A stretch of DNA of 64,000 bases, taken from assembly GCA_963711565.1 (NCBI GenBank), contig CAVQEQ010000001.1, positions 1,265,217 through 1,329,216 on the forward strand, written 5' to 3'. The DNA comes from an uncultured delta proteobacterium (lineage in GTDB: Bacteria > Desulfobacterota > Binatia > Binatales > Binataceae). Below are positions 32,119-42,984 of the stretch, in pieces (position 1 is the first letter of the stretch; the number at the start of each line of letters is the position of its first letter). The notes under the pieces are model-generated. The model saw only the letters and a program-made list of their open reading frames with translations, was not told the DNA's origin and did no database searches. The position numbers and the translations under genes were made by a program.

Positions 32119-33744
32119 ATGGCCACAGCCACATCAGCGGTCGCACCAACGACTGCACCCGCCGCGCCGCACGCGTTACACGAGAAAATGGCCAAGGGCC
32201 CCGGCGCCATCGGAATGCTGATATTCGGCGTGGTGCTGATCGCCGGGATCATTTATATCGGCGTCAGCTTGTCGCACGATTTGATTGCGTTGCAAGGCGG
32301 CTCGGTACTGCCGTATGTGTTGCTGGGCGTAGCGCTTTTCGTGGCGCTGGCTTTCGAGTTTGTGAACGGCTTCCATGACACGGCTAACGCGGTGGCTACG
32401 GTGATTTACACGCATTCGCTGGATCCGCAAATCGCGGTGACCTGGTCGGGATTCTGCAATTTTGTGGGCGTGGTGCTGTCGTCCGGCGCGGTGGCCTTCG
32501 GGATCGTGTCGCTGCTGCCGGTGGAGCTGATTCTGCAAGTGGGGAGCGGCGCGGGTTTCGCGATGGTCTTTGCACTGCTGGTCGCCGCGATCATCTGGAA
32601 TCTGGGCACCTGGTGGTTCGGACTTCCCGCATCGAGTTCTCACACTTTGATTGGCTCGATCATCGGTGTAGGCATAGCTAATCAGCTGATGCAATCGCGC
32701 AGTGGAACCAGCGGCGTGGACTGGGCGCAGGCCGCCAACATCGGCAAATCGCTGGTGCTTTCGCCGATCGTGGGATTTTTTCTGGCGGGGCTGTTGCTGC
32801 TGGTCATGAAAGCCATTATCAAAGATAAGCGCTTGTATGAAGCCCCGAAAGGTAACGAACCACCGCCCTGGTGGATTCGCGGGCTGCTGATTCTCACCTG
32901 CACGGGCGTTAGCTTTTTTCACGGATCGAACGACGGGCAAAAAGGCATGGGCCTGATTATGCTCATCCTGATCGGCACCGTTCCTACGACCTACGCGTTG
33001 AATCATGCAGTGACCGCGCAACAATCCCAAGACTTCGTGGCGGTTTCCCAGCAGACCGCCAACACTTTGGATAAATATGTGCAAACTGGCGCAGTGGTTG
33101 GCGATCCTCGTGAAGATGTGACCGATTTCATTCGCACCAAAGAATTCAAGCCAGCCACCATGCTGGCTTTGCGCGAGATGGTCAACCAGGTCGGTACCGA
33201 AATGGCCATCTTTAAAGAGCTGTCTAAGGTTCCTAACAATGAAGTGCGCAACTATCGCAACGACATGTATCTGGTCGGCGAAGCGATTCGCCTGATGCTC
33301 AAGTCCAATGTGGCCAAAATTTCCGCGGCGGATGCGGCGGTCCTTGCCAACTATAAATCGCGCCACATTGACACGGCCACCCGTTTTATTCCCATGTGGG
33401 TGAAGGTTGCGGTGGCGCTGGCGCTGGGCCTGGGCACCATGGTCGGTTGGAAGCGCATTGTCGTTACCGTGGGCGAAAAAATCGGGAAGAACCATTTGAC
33501 CTACGCGCAAGGGGCGGCTGCGGAAATCACCGCCATGTTTACCATCGGCGCTGCCGATACCTTCGGATTACCGGTGAGTACCACTCACGTGTTGTCGTCC
33601 GGCGTGGCTGGGACCATGGCGGCTAACCGTTCAGGAATCCAGATGTCCACAGTGCGCAACCTGGCGCTGGCTTGGGTGCTTACTTTGCCGGTCGCCATGA
33701 TGCTTTCGGGATTTTTGTTCTGGACCTTCCGCAAGATTTTCTAA
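32119..33744 (+). CDS. pitA: Inorganic phosphate transporter (PiT family)
   Basis: NGFHDTANAVAT, SSSHTLIG, HGSNDGQKGMG, PVSTTHVLSSG. Confidence 0.95.
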   Translation: MATATSAVAPTTAPAAPHALHEKMAKGPGAIGMLIFGVVLIAGIIYIGVSLSHDLIALQGGSVLPYVLLGVALFVALAFEFVNGFHDTANAVATVIYTHSLDPQIAVTWSGFCNFVGVVLSSGAVAFGIVSLLPVELILQVGSGAGFAMVFALLVAAIIWNLGTWWFGLPASSSHTLIGSIIGVGIANQLMQSRSGTSGVDWAQAANIGKSLVLSPIVGFFLAGLLLLVMKAIIKDKRLYEAPKGNEPPPWWIRGLLILTCTGVSFFHGSNDGQKGMGLIMLILIGTVPTTYALNHAVTAQQSQDFVAVSQQTANTLDKYVQTGAVVGDPREDVTDFIRTKEFKPATMLALREMVNQVGTEMAIFKELSKVPNNEVRNYRNDMYLVGEAIRLMLKSNVAKISAADAAVLANYKSRHIDTATRFIPMWVKVAVALALGLGTMVGWKRIVVTVGEKIGKNHLTYAQGAAAEITAMFTIGAADTFGLPVSTTHVLSSGVAGTMAANRSGIQMSTVRNLALAWVLTLPVAMMLSGFLFWTFRKIF

Positions 33745-33770
33745 AAGGTTCGGCGAGGAATCTGACAGAC

Positions 33771-33800
33771 AGGGGCACGGAGTCACCGCGCCCTCTTTTA
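33771..33800 (+). terminator. Probable intrinsic terminator after pit
   Basis: Imperfect GC hairpin followed by T tract. Confidence 0.6.
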
Positions 33801-33876
33801 TTGCGCCAAGTGAATTCCCTTGCAATGAGAAGAAGGCCAAACCACCTGATTCGGCAGGTGGCAATAATCCTGTGGC

Positions 33877-33924
33877 GAATACAAAGCGAAAACATGTTGA
33901 CTTTCGCCTTTTGTTCTCTATAAT
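33877..33924 (+). promoter_or_regulatory. Sigma70 promoter overlapped by two LexA-like boxes
   Basis: TTGACT 33897-33902, 16 bp, TATAAT 33919-33924; GAAT-N7-GAAA 33877-33891 and TTTC-N7-GTTC 33902-33916. Confidence 0.7.
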
Positions 33925-34042
33925 GGCCCACGGTAGAGGAAACGGGAAACGGGCGCTGCACCTGCTCCATTGCCGATTCTGGCTCTCACGAACTGGCGTA
34001 GCGTCCGTTATTACCGTCCCCCAGCCTCTGCAAGGAGCGGTC

Positions 34043-34768
34043 ATGGACCTATCGGTTGGCAGCGTCTTCCGGGCCCCACAAATCTCTCAACGCCTCGGCA
34101 ATCAACTTGGACACATTGAAAAGACCTCCCGGCGCGCCTCGCGGAAAGCCGCTACTTGGCTTGCCCATCGGCGCATCTGGTCGCCGAGGATTGCGGTCCC
34201 AGCCAGCAGCTCGCACGTTACTCGGTCCGCGGAGTTGGCCACGGAGCTGGCTGCGGCACAGTGCGAAATGCTGCTGCGGACAGGCTTGGATGTGGCTCTC
34301 GGCGCGTCCCGCTCGCGTAGTGTGGCGCGGACGGCTTCGCGCTGCGCTGGCGCCGCCAAGGTCCTAGTGGTAGAGCCTGGGCGGGAGTCCGCTTTCCTGG
34401 CTCCCTTGCCACTGCAGAGGCTTGAGGGTCTCTCAGCAGCCACCTGCGAGGTATTGCGGGCGAGTGGGCTAGTCACCATCGGCGAGCTCCAGAGGGTTCC
34501 GAAGGCTGCGCTGCAAGCCGAGTTTGGCAAGCGGGAAGGGCTCCAAGTGTGGCGGACGGCCCGTGGCATCGATTACGAACCAGCGCCAGAGCCGGCCGCT
34601 TATTCCGACGCTGCGTTCGCTGCGGGAGCGGAAACGCACTTTGTGAGCGGATCGCTGCGCAGATTGCGAAATGCCAGCCTGTTTGCCGATTGGCGCGCTT
34701 TCAAGGCTTCCCTGTCCCGCCGGGTGCGCTTGATGGCCGGAGTCTTGATGGCAGGTGTATTGAGGTAG
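34043..34768 (+). CDS. Truncated Y-family DNA polymerase-like (DinB/ImuB-like) protein
   Basis: AAGGAG RBS; VA..AS......VLVVEPGRE.AFLAPLPL..L.GL......L...GL.TIGEL......L..EFG..G......ARGID (thumb/HhH region); no catalytic D.D.FF motif. Confidence 0.75.
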   Translation: MDLSVGSVFRAPQISQRLGNQLGHIEKTSRRASRKAATWLAHRRIWSPRIAVPASSSHVTRSAELATELAAAQCEMLLRTGLDVALGASRSRSVARTASRCAGAAKVLVVEPGRESAFLAPLPLQRLEGLSAATCEVLRASGLVTIGELQRVPKAALQAEFGKREGLQVWRTARGIDYEPAPEPAAYSDAAFAAGAETHFVSGSLRRLRNASLFADWRAFKASLSRRVRLMAGVLMAGVLR

Positions 34769-34834
34769 CACAACCGACAACTAACGCGGGGCTGCTGTTG
34801 CGGGAGGGGCGGGCGGAGCGGCATACTCGCAACA

Positions 34835-35953
34835 ATGGACGAACTAGGTACTCGAAACGAACCACGTACTCGCGGAACGACGCATCTGGGTGCGCCAGCC
34901 GGGCATGCGCGCTCGAAGCGTCGCGCGGCGGTTCTGGCTGTGTTGCTGACGGCCACTTTCACGCTGGCCAATTGCGCCAATGCCGACGAAATTCGCCTGA
35001 AGGATGGGAAAAAACTCTACGGCGAAATCGTGGCGCTCGACGACAACATGTACAAGGTGAAGACGGACTTCGGCTACGTCCTCGTCGAAAAAGACAAGAT
35101 TGCTTCGATCATCCCGAACTCTTCGGGAACCTCGGAACCCAAGCCAGCTGCCAAGAAGGAAGCGCCGGTAGTGAAGCGCCCGCCAACTAAGACCACGGCA
35201 GCCTCCCAGCCGCAGACGGAACCCAGTAGCCCGTCCGCAGACGCGGCGGAAGCACCGAATGCCGAGAATCCGCCCCCAACAGAAGTAAGTAAGCGGGAAA
35301 AGACGCAAGCCATCGTCGCTACTTCAGCGACGGTGAAGCCGGAGGCGCGTACGACCGCGCCGAAACAAATTGTAGCGCCCGCGCTGCGCCCCGTGGCCGC
35401 GCCGGTCACTGGCGGCCCCAGCATCGTCGCGAATTCCGCTGCGCCGTTGCCCCCGCCGAAAGAAGCCGCGCAAGAAGAAGTCCGCGGCAACCTGTACATC
35501 AATCACGCCAGCAACTTTCGTATCTACAAAGCGCCCAGCTGGAATTTGATCGAGGATGCACGCAAAGCTCTGCCCAACGCGATCGTCGCCATGGGAACGT
35601 TCAACGAGTCGACACTCTTGGTGGTAGGAAAAGAAAAAAACAAGGAAGCGCTGGAACCGGCAGCCGCCGCCGTGGAACACCGCGTACGCGAAGTCTACGA
35701 AAACTACCGGCAAATTTCGCGGCGGACCACCACGGTTGGCGGTCTTCCCGGCATCGAGTTTCGCTATCGCGGAATGGCGGACGACCATGACTGGTCGGGA
35801 ACGCTGGTGGTGCTCGCGCGGGGGAATGAGATCTTTACGATTTTAGGAATGACTTACGCCGACACCGACCTGATTCAAATTCAAGAAAACGTAATCGCTC
35901 GCTCGATCGCCAGCCTGGATTTCTCCACCATCAGCCCTGCGGCAGGCAACTAA
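34835..35953 (+). CDS. Hypothetical exported protein with Pro/Ala linker and PsbP/DcrB-like C-terminal domain
   Basis: Signal/TM, ADEIRLKDG..L.G.I small beta domain, low-complexity linker, F.I..P.SW...TVGGLPG.EF.Y. Confidence 0.7.
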   Translation: MDELGTRNEPRTRGTTHLGAPAGHARSKRRAAVLAVLLTATFTLANCANADEIRLKDGKKLYGEIVALDDNMYKVKTDFGYVLVEKDKIASIIPNSSGTSEPKPAAKKEAPVVKRPPTKTTAASQPQTEPSSPSADAAEAPNAENPPPTEVSKREKTQAIVATSATVKPEARTTAPKQIVAPALRPVAAPVTGGPSIVANSAAPLPPPKEAAQEEVRGNLYINHASNFRIYKAPSWNLIEDARKALPNAIVAMGTFNESTLLVVGKEKNKEALEPAAAAVEHRVREVYENYRQISRRTTTVGGLPGIEFRYRGMADDHDWSGTLVVLARGNEIFTILGMTYADTDLIQIQENVIARSIASLDFSTISPAAGN

Positions 35954-36026
35954 AAATAAAATTGCCCAGCGCAGCGCCTGCAGTAACTGCGTTTGTTATT
36001 TTTAGAACCTTGCAATTAGAAATGTA

Positions 36027-36938
36027 CTAGTGGGCCGCGGCGTCGGCTGTTTCGCTTCCCTTGCGATGCTCGCGGATCATGGTGATCAATGCTTGCGCAG
36101 CGCGCGGCAAGCTGCGGTCGCGGCGATAGACCAGGCCCAGCTCGCGGAATAATTCAAGGCCTTCCACGTTAATCAGTTTCACTTCGCCGGCCTTTACCTG
36201 GTCTTTAGCGAAGCTCTCGCTAATTAAGGAAACGCCGACGTCCGCCGCCACAAAGCGCTTGATCATGCCAATGCTCGGCAATTCCATGGTGACTTGAATG
36301 CGCGAACGATACGGGCGGAAAAGTTTGTCCAATACCTGGCGAGTGTAACCGGTCCGCGGGAAAATTTGCGGCTGCGAAGCCACCTCTTCGAGAGTCACTT
36401 TGCCGCGATGGGCCAAAGCATTCTTCGCGCTGACCATGAAGCGCATCCGGTCTTTGTAAATGTGATGCACTTTCAAATTGGGCGACTTGGTTGGCAGCGT
36501 GACGATGCCCACGTCCACCGTGCCGTCTTCCACGCGCTGCAATATTTTATGGCTGAAATTCCGGTAGATACTGACGTGCACCAGCGGGTATTTGCGCTGA
36601 AATTCCGCAAAAATATCCGGCAGCAAATACAAGCAGGTTGCTTCATTGGCGCCAAAGACTACGCGACCCTGCACGATATCGCCGCGGTCCGCCACACCCT
36701 GCACGGATTCATCGCGCAAGCGCAGCAATTTCTCGGCGTATTCGAACAGCACTTCGCCGGCCGGCGTCAATTCCACGGACTTCGCCGAGCGATCCAGCAG
36801 CTTGGCGCGGTAGGCCTGCTCTAACTGGCGGATCTGCGCGCTGACTGCGGACTGCGAGCGGAAAACCTTTTGTCCCGCGCGCGAAAAGCTTTTAAGTTTT
36901 GCAACGTACACGAATGTAGCGAGTTGGTCGAAATCCAT
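36027..36938 (-). CDS. LysR family transcriptional regulator
   Basis: QL.TF..VA...SFSRA......SQSAVS.QIRQLE; LTPAGE. Confidence 0.95.
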   Translation of the reverse strand: MDFDQLATFVYVAKLKSFSRAGQKVFRSQSAVSAQIRQLEQAYRAKLLDRSAKSVELTPAGEVLFEYAEKLLRLRDESVQGVADRGDIVQGRVVFGANEATCLYLLPDIFAEFQRKYPLVHVSIYRNFSHKILQRVEDGTVDVGIVTLPTKSPNLKVHHIYKDRMRFMVSAKNALAHRGKVTLEEVASQPQIFPRTGYTRQVLDKLFRPYRSRIQVTMELPSIGMIKRFVAADVGVSLISESFAKDQVKAGEVKLINVEGLELFRELGLVYRRDRSLPRAAQALITMIREHRKGSETADAAAH

Positions 36939-37005
36939 AGGCAGAGTTCTCGGCGAGAATTATAGCGGATTCTGCCCGCCGAGTGGACTGTGAATTGCGA
37001 TCCTT

Positions 37006-40000
37006 TCAGACGTGCAAGCCTGCGGAAGAGGCTTGCGCCGCATCATTCGAGGTCAAAATCAGGGCATGATCACTCAGCCGCGCCAGCAGCGGCCGCCAGG
37101 TATTCTCGATCGACCCCTGGAAGTGGATGGGCTGTACGCGCAAGAGCGGTAGGCCCGCGCGGCGGGTCAGCAGACGATTGGCGCAAGGGCTGGCCGTAAG
37201 CTCCACGTGCTGTTCCAGAACGCGCCTGAGCCACATTTCTTCAGCGTCGGTAATCTCGTGCAAGCTCACAAAATCACGATGCACCACTTCCTCGGCGCCC
37301 GCGCGCAACACATACGCCAGGCCGCCAGTCATTCCCGAGCCAAAATTCATCCCCATCGTGCCCAGCACCAGCGCGACTCCGCCGGTCATGTACTCGCAGC
37401 CATGCTGCCCAAGGCCTTCCACCACCGCCAGCGCGCCGCTATTGCGCACCGCAAACCGTTCACCGGCGCGTCCGGCGATGTACAGCTGTCCTGAAGTTGC
37501 GCCATACAGAACCGTGTTGCCAGCCAACACGTCGCCGCGCCGCGAGGCCGCCGAACCCGCCGAAATGCTGATCGTTCCGCCAGAGAGTCCTTTGCCAACG
37601 TAATCGTTCGCTTCACCGGTGAGCTTCAGCGTTAGCCCATCCGCGAGAAACGCTCCAAAACTTTGTCCTGCGGACCCGTGAAACTCGCGACGGATGTCCG
37701 CAACGAATTCAGGATTCTTGCTGCGCCGCCGCATCACTTCGCCGCTGATGCCCGCACCCACGCTGCGATCGGAGTTGCGGATGGGTTGCGATTCCGGTTC
37801 ATGATCCAGCGAGCCGCTGAAATGCATGGAATCTTCCAGCGCGGCAGCGTGAACGGTCGGTGTTTGCTGCGGCGCAACACGGCCCGCAGCGGAGATCGGC
37901 ACCACCATAAGCGGATCCATTCCAGATCGCGCCGAAAGCCGATCGTACCAGCCGGTAAGTTCGCTCAGCGAACGTACACCCAGTTGCGCGAGCCGCGCGC
38001 GGACCTCATCGGCCAGCGAGCGGAAATACGCGACGACCATTTCCGGCTTCCCTTTGAATCGCGCGCGCAGAGTTTCGTCCTGGGTGGCAATTCCTACGGG
38101 ACAGGTATTCAGGTGACACTGGCGTGCCATAACGCAGCCGATGGCCAGCAGCGAAGCGGTGCCAAAACCAAATTCGTCCGCGCCCAAAATCGCGCCGAGC
38201 ACAATGTCTCGCGGAAATTTGAGGCCTCCGTCCACGCGGAGAGAGAGACGTGAACGAAGGCCCGCGCGAACCAAAGTGTCATGAGCTTCGCGCAAACCGA
38301 TTTCCCAGGGCAGCCCGGTGTTCTTGATCGAAGTCAGCGGCGACGAACCCGTCCCGCCATTGTGTCCGCTGATGGTGATCACATCGGCTCCCGCTTTGGC
38401 CACGCCCGCCGCGATAATGCCGACGCCCGACCCGGAAACCAGTTTCACGCCGATGCGCGCTCGCGGATTTACCGCGCGCAAATCGTGAATCAACTGCGCC
38501 AGATCTTCGATGCTGTAAATGTCGTGATGAGGCGGCGGAGAAATCAACGGCGTTCCGGGATGTGGCGTGCCTTATTCGCGCGATGTACGCCGTAACTTTC
38601 TTGCGCCGGAAGCTGTCCGCCTTCGCCGGGCTTCGAGCCTTGCGCCATCTTTATTTCCAATTCTTCGGCGTGTACCAAATAATCCGCGGTAACTCCAAAA
38701 CGCCCCGAAGCGACTTGCTTAATTTTGTTCGCCGCGTGCGGTTCAGTGATGATACAGGTCGGGGTCTTCTCCGCCCTCTCCGGTATTGCTGCGCGCGCCG
38801 ATGGAATTCATCGCCTCTGCCAAGGGTCCGATGCGCTTCGGCGCCCAGCGATCCCAGGGACATTGCCTGCGTGCTGAATCGCCGCAAGATGGATTCGCCC
38901 GATTCCACTTCTTCCAGTCGGCACCGGCGTGTCCGGCGCAATCTCCAGCAGATCGCGCAAGAAGATCGGTCCCTGGCTTCTCCGCCAGTTCCTCAAACGC
39001 AGAATATTTCTTCGCGTCCGGGGCCTTCACGAACGCGTGCAAGCGCCGCAAACTTCCGGTGAATTGGCGTGCAGCTCCGCGCCTTTGCGAAAGCGATACA
39101 GACCGGAGTCCGCATAGCATCGTCAGCCGCCTGGCCGAACGCTGTGGTGTGCATGCGCAGATAATCGGCAAACAAATCGTCCGCTGATTTTCTGCCCCGG
39201 AAAATCGGCGGCATCTTCAAAGAACTCGGTGCAGAAGTCTTCCGCCAGGCCAACAATCTCAAACAAATGGCTGTTGCGGTAACTCGCCAGCGTCGAAACG
39301 CCCATGCGCGCCAGCACTTTGCGCAAGCCCGCATTGATGGCTGTGCGCACCGCCTCCATCGCCTGCGGCTCCGCGCAGAACTTCGGCGCCGTAGCAAATT
39401 GCAGCGCCAGGCTCGGCACCACCGCGCTCGCCCCGCTCGCCACCAGCAAAGCGACGTGATGCGTATCAAAAACTTGCGCCGATTCCACGATCAGCGGAAC
39501 GTCCCACCAGTCCATTCCGCACCATCGCTTTCCACACCGCTGCGGTTGCCAACAGCGCCGGCAACGGCGCGCGCTCCGCGCTGATCGCGCGGTCGGAAAG
39601 GAGGAGGAGTCCCGGGCGCTCACCACTACTCAGAGGGGTAGTTAAAAGCTGAGTAACCGCGTGGCGCGCGCCCGGAACTCCCATGGCGGCAGGAAAAGTC
39701 AAATCGATCTGTTGTACGGGGCCATAGGTCGTCCCCAGTTCCGCAATCAACGCGGCAAGTTCCGCGGCATTGATCACCGGTCCCGGCAGCGCCACCCCTT
39801 CGCGCAAATGCACGTCCAGCGACATCACGTGTGCCTCCCGCAGTGGGTCGATCGGCGGATTCGTCACCTGCGCAAAGCGCTGCTTGCAGTAATCCCACAG
39901 CGTGCGCGGCAACGCAGAAAGAAACGCCGGCGGAGCGTCGTCACCCATGCTCCAGTCCGCTTCTTTGCCATGCGTCAGCGCGGAAAAAAGTATTTTGAAT

Positions 40001-41383
40001 TGGTCGTCCGTCCAACCAGCGGCGGTGGCTACGCGTTTCGGATCGGCGAATTCCGCTGGCACCGGCGCGGCTTTTCCAGGCACTGGGACCGCCGCGGGGA
40101 TCGCGTTGCGCAGCGGCGCTGCCGCGGTAAGCTCGGCATGCTTTTCCGCCAGTCGCTTCAGAATGTCGCGCCAACGCAGGAAAATTCCTTGTTCCGGATT
40201 GGCGAGAATCATTTCCCCGGGACCAAGTTTTGCGCGCTCGGCGATCTGCGATTCTTCCAGATCGATCAGGCCGGTTTCCGAACCCGCCATGATCAATCCG
40301 TCATGCGTTACGGTGTAACGCAGCGGACGCAACCCGTTGCGGTCCAGCTTCGCGCCCACGAAATCCGCCCATCGAAAAAATCAATGCCGCCGGGCCATCC
40401 CACGGTTCACCCTTCCGCGAGACGCGCCCGCAGCGCCGCGCGCACATCCGGCGAGAGATGCGGATCCTTCTCAAACGCGGGCGGCACCAAAGCCAACATC
40501 GCCGCCGCCGGGGTCTGACCCTCCAGCAGGCGTAACTCAAACGCGTTATCAAAACTTGCGGAATCGCTCACGCCTTGTTCGAGCGCGGAAAACCAACCAT
40601 CCACACCAAGCCGCGATCGCAGCTCTCTTCTTTCGCGCGCGTCCAACGGCGATTAGATAGGATCGTATTTATTTCGCCGTTGTGCGCCACGTGCCGGAAA
40701 GGCTGCGCCAAATCCCAGGAAGGCTGCGTATTGGTCGAATAGCGCTGATGAAATACCGCGAATGTAGCCGCAAAACTTCCATCGCGCAAATCTTCGTAGA
40801 ATTGCGGAAACTGCCAGGGCGTCAGCAATCCTTTGTAAACAATAGATTTCGAAGACAGTGAACAGATGTAGCACCGCGGCGGCAACATCGATTCCGCGCG
40901 CTTGCGCAGCAACGACATTTGGCGTTCAAAATCCTCAGCCGGCTTCTCGGCCCCGACAAAGAACTGCCAGATCTCCGGCATGCTTTCGCGCGCCCGCGCT
41001 CCCAGCGAACTGGGATCAACGGGAACCCGCCGCCAGCCGAGCACTTCAAGGTTCTGGAATTCTGCCGCCGCGTGAATCGCCGAGCGTGCGTGCAGCGCAA
41101 ATGGCGAGTACAGAAATGCAAAACCCACGCCGAATTGCCCGGGCAGCTCGACGCCGATTTCTTTGGCGCGCGCACGAAAAAAACTTTGCGGAAGCGAGGT
41201 CAGCAGGCCCGCGCCGTCCCCGCTGGCGCCATCGGCGTCCACACCGCCGCGATGGGTAAGCCGCTCAAGAGCCGTCAGCGCAAACTGCACGATATCGTGC
41301 GCGGGAGGCGCGCCAAGACGCGCCACAAACCCCGTACCGCAAGCGTCGTGGTCTGGGTGCCCCCAATTGGGATGCCGACACAT
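37006..41383 (-). CDS. gltB: Glutamate synthase large subunit, multiple frameshifts
   Basis: HDACGTGF N-terminus, [90 protein letters not shown]-terminal domain. Confidence 0.95.
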
Positions 41384-41577
41384 ACCCGTTTATAGAGGCA
41401 CGAGGAGGTCCAAGTACAACGCAGAATTTCAATTTGCCAAATTGGTTTTCTGACGAGGCCGTAAACCCTGCGAGGACGGTAAATTGCTGCACTTGTAGTG
41501 GCGCAGCATGCTGCGCGCCAGATTACCCGGATCTCCCGGACGTATTGAATCTTCGAGCGCTTAGACCGGAAACCACT

Positions 41578-42984
41578 TCAAAACTTCGTCGCTTCCGTAA
41601 AGTGAAAATCCCGAATTTTCATCGCCGGCATCACCATCTCAAACGCTTCTTCCCCGCTCGCCCGCACCGCCGGCCCCAGCATCTCCACGTTGCGCAAAGC
41701 CTCCAGCAGCGACTGGTTAAAACGGAAGTTGCGTACCGCGGACGTAACGCGGCCCTTTTCGACCAGGAATAATCCGTCCCGCGTCATACCCGTCATGATC
41801 TTTTCGTACGGTTCCACTTCGCGGATGTACCAGATGCGAGTCACCAACAAACCGCGGTCGGTAGACGCGATCATTTTCTCCAGCGACGAATCCCCCCCCA
41901 GAAAACCAGATTCATCGGCGCTTCGCCGTATTCATTCGGCAACAGGAAGCCGTGCCCAGTCGGACTTTTCCGCGCGTCCTTCGCCGCCCGCCGCGAGTAC
42001 ACCAGATTTTTCGGTACGCCACGATCCACCAGCATCACGCGCTGCCGCGGCGTCCCTTCCCCATCAAACGGCGCGCCCATCTGCAACGGGTGATACACAT
42101 CGTCTGCAATAGAAATGTTCTTGCCAAAGAGCGGCTTGCCCATCCGGCCATTTAAGCAAGAGCGCTTATCGGCAAGCGCAGTCGCCGCAAAATCGTAAAA
42201 AAGAAATCCCACCAGGTCGAGTGCCGCCGCCGGTTCGAGAATCACGGTGTACTTCCCGGTCGGCAACTCTTTAGCGTCGACGGCCAGGTACGCTTTGTGA
42301 CTCGCGCGCGCGGCCAGCTCTTGTGGATCAAACTGCCGCACATCGCCCGCATTCGCTTTCGCCCAGCTGGCCGCGGGCGATTGCTGCATCGTTATCGAAA
42401 ATTCCGCATGCGTTTCGCGGTAAGACGCCGCAAGGCCGCGCGAATTTCCCACCATGGCCTGCGATTGCCCGGTAGAAAAAATGCCCGCGGCGACTTGTCC
42501 GCGCCGGATCGCCAGGTCGCAGGCGCGTCGCACCGCGCGGGCGCGATCTTCGGGCGTGATAGCAGCGGTCGCTCGCGAAAAGCGTTGCACCCCGCGATAG
42601 CGTTGCTTCAAGGGCAGCGGTAAGAGCTTCGCATCTTTCGGTTGGCTGGCCGCCAGCGACAAAGAAGAATCAATCGCCGCCCGCAGCGAATTTTCATCGA
42701 TGCGATTCGTGCGTGACCCGCGCGGTGCGCCCTTCGGCAACCGTGCGCAACGAAACTGTCACGCCATGCTCCGAGACATTTTGGTGAATCGCATTGTTGG
42801 CAAAGCGCGTCAGGTCGTCGAGCACTTCATCGACGTGGACTTCCGCTTCCTCCGCTCCAGCGGCCTTGGCCAGGCGCAATGTGTCCTGAATAATTGCGTG
42901 GAGACGTCGTTCGTCGGACAGCGTCGCCCGCGGTGCTTTTGTGCCGGGCGTTGCCACTCCGCGATTTTTTTTCGGGGAGCTCAT
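41578..42984 (-). CDS. TldD/PmbA family protein (PmbA/TldE partner), frameshifted
   Basis: LTRFANNAIHQN, G.Y.VILEP.A, PFDGEG.P, TG.TRDG.F..E.G......NFRFN.S; start overlaps tldD stop. Confidence 0.88.
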
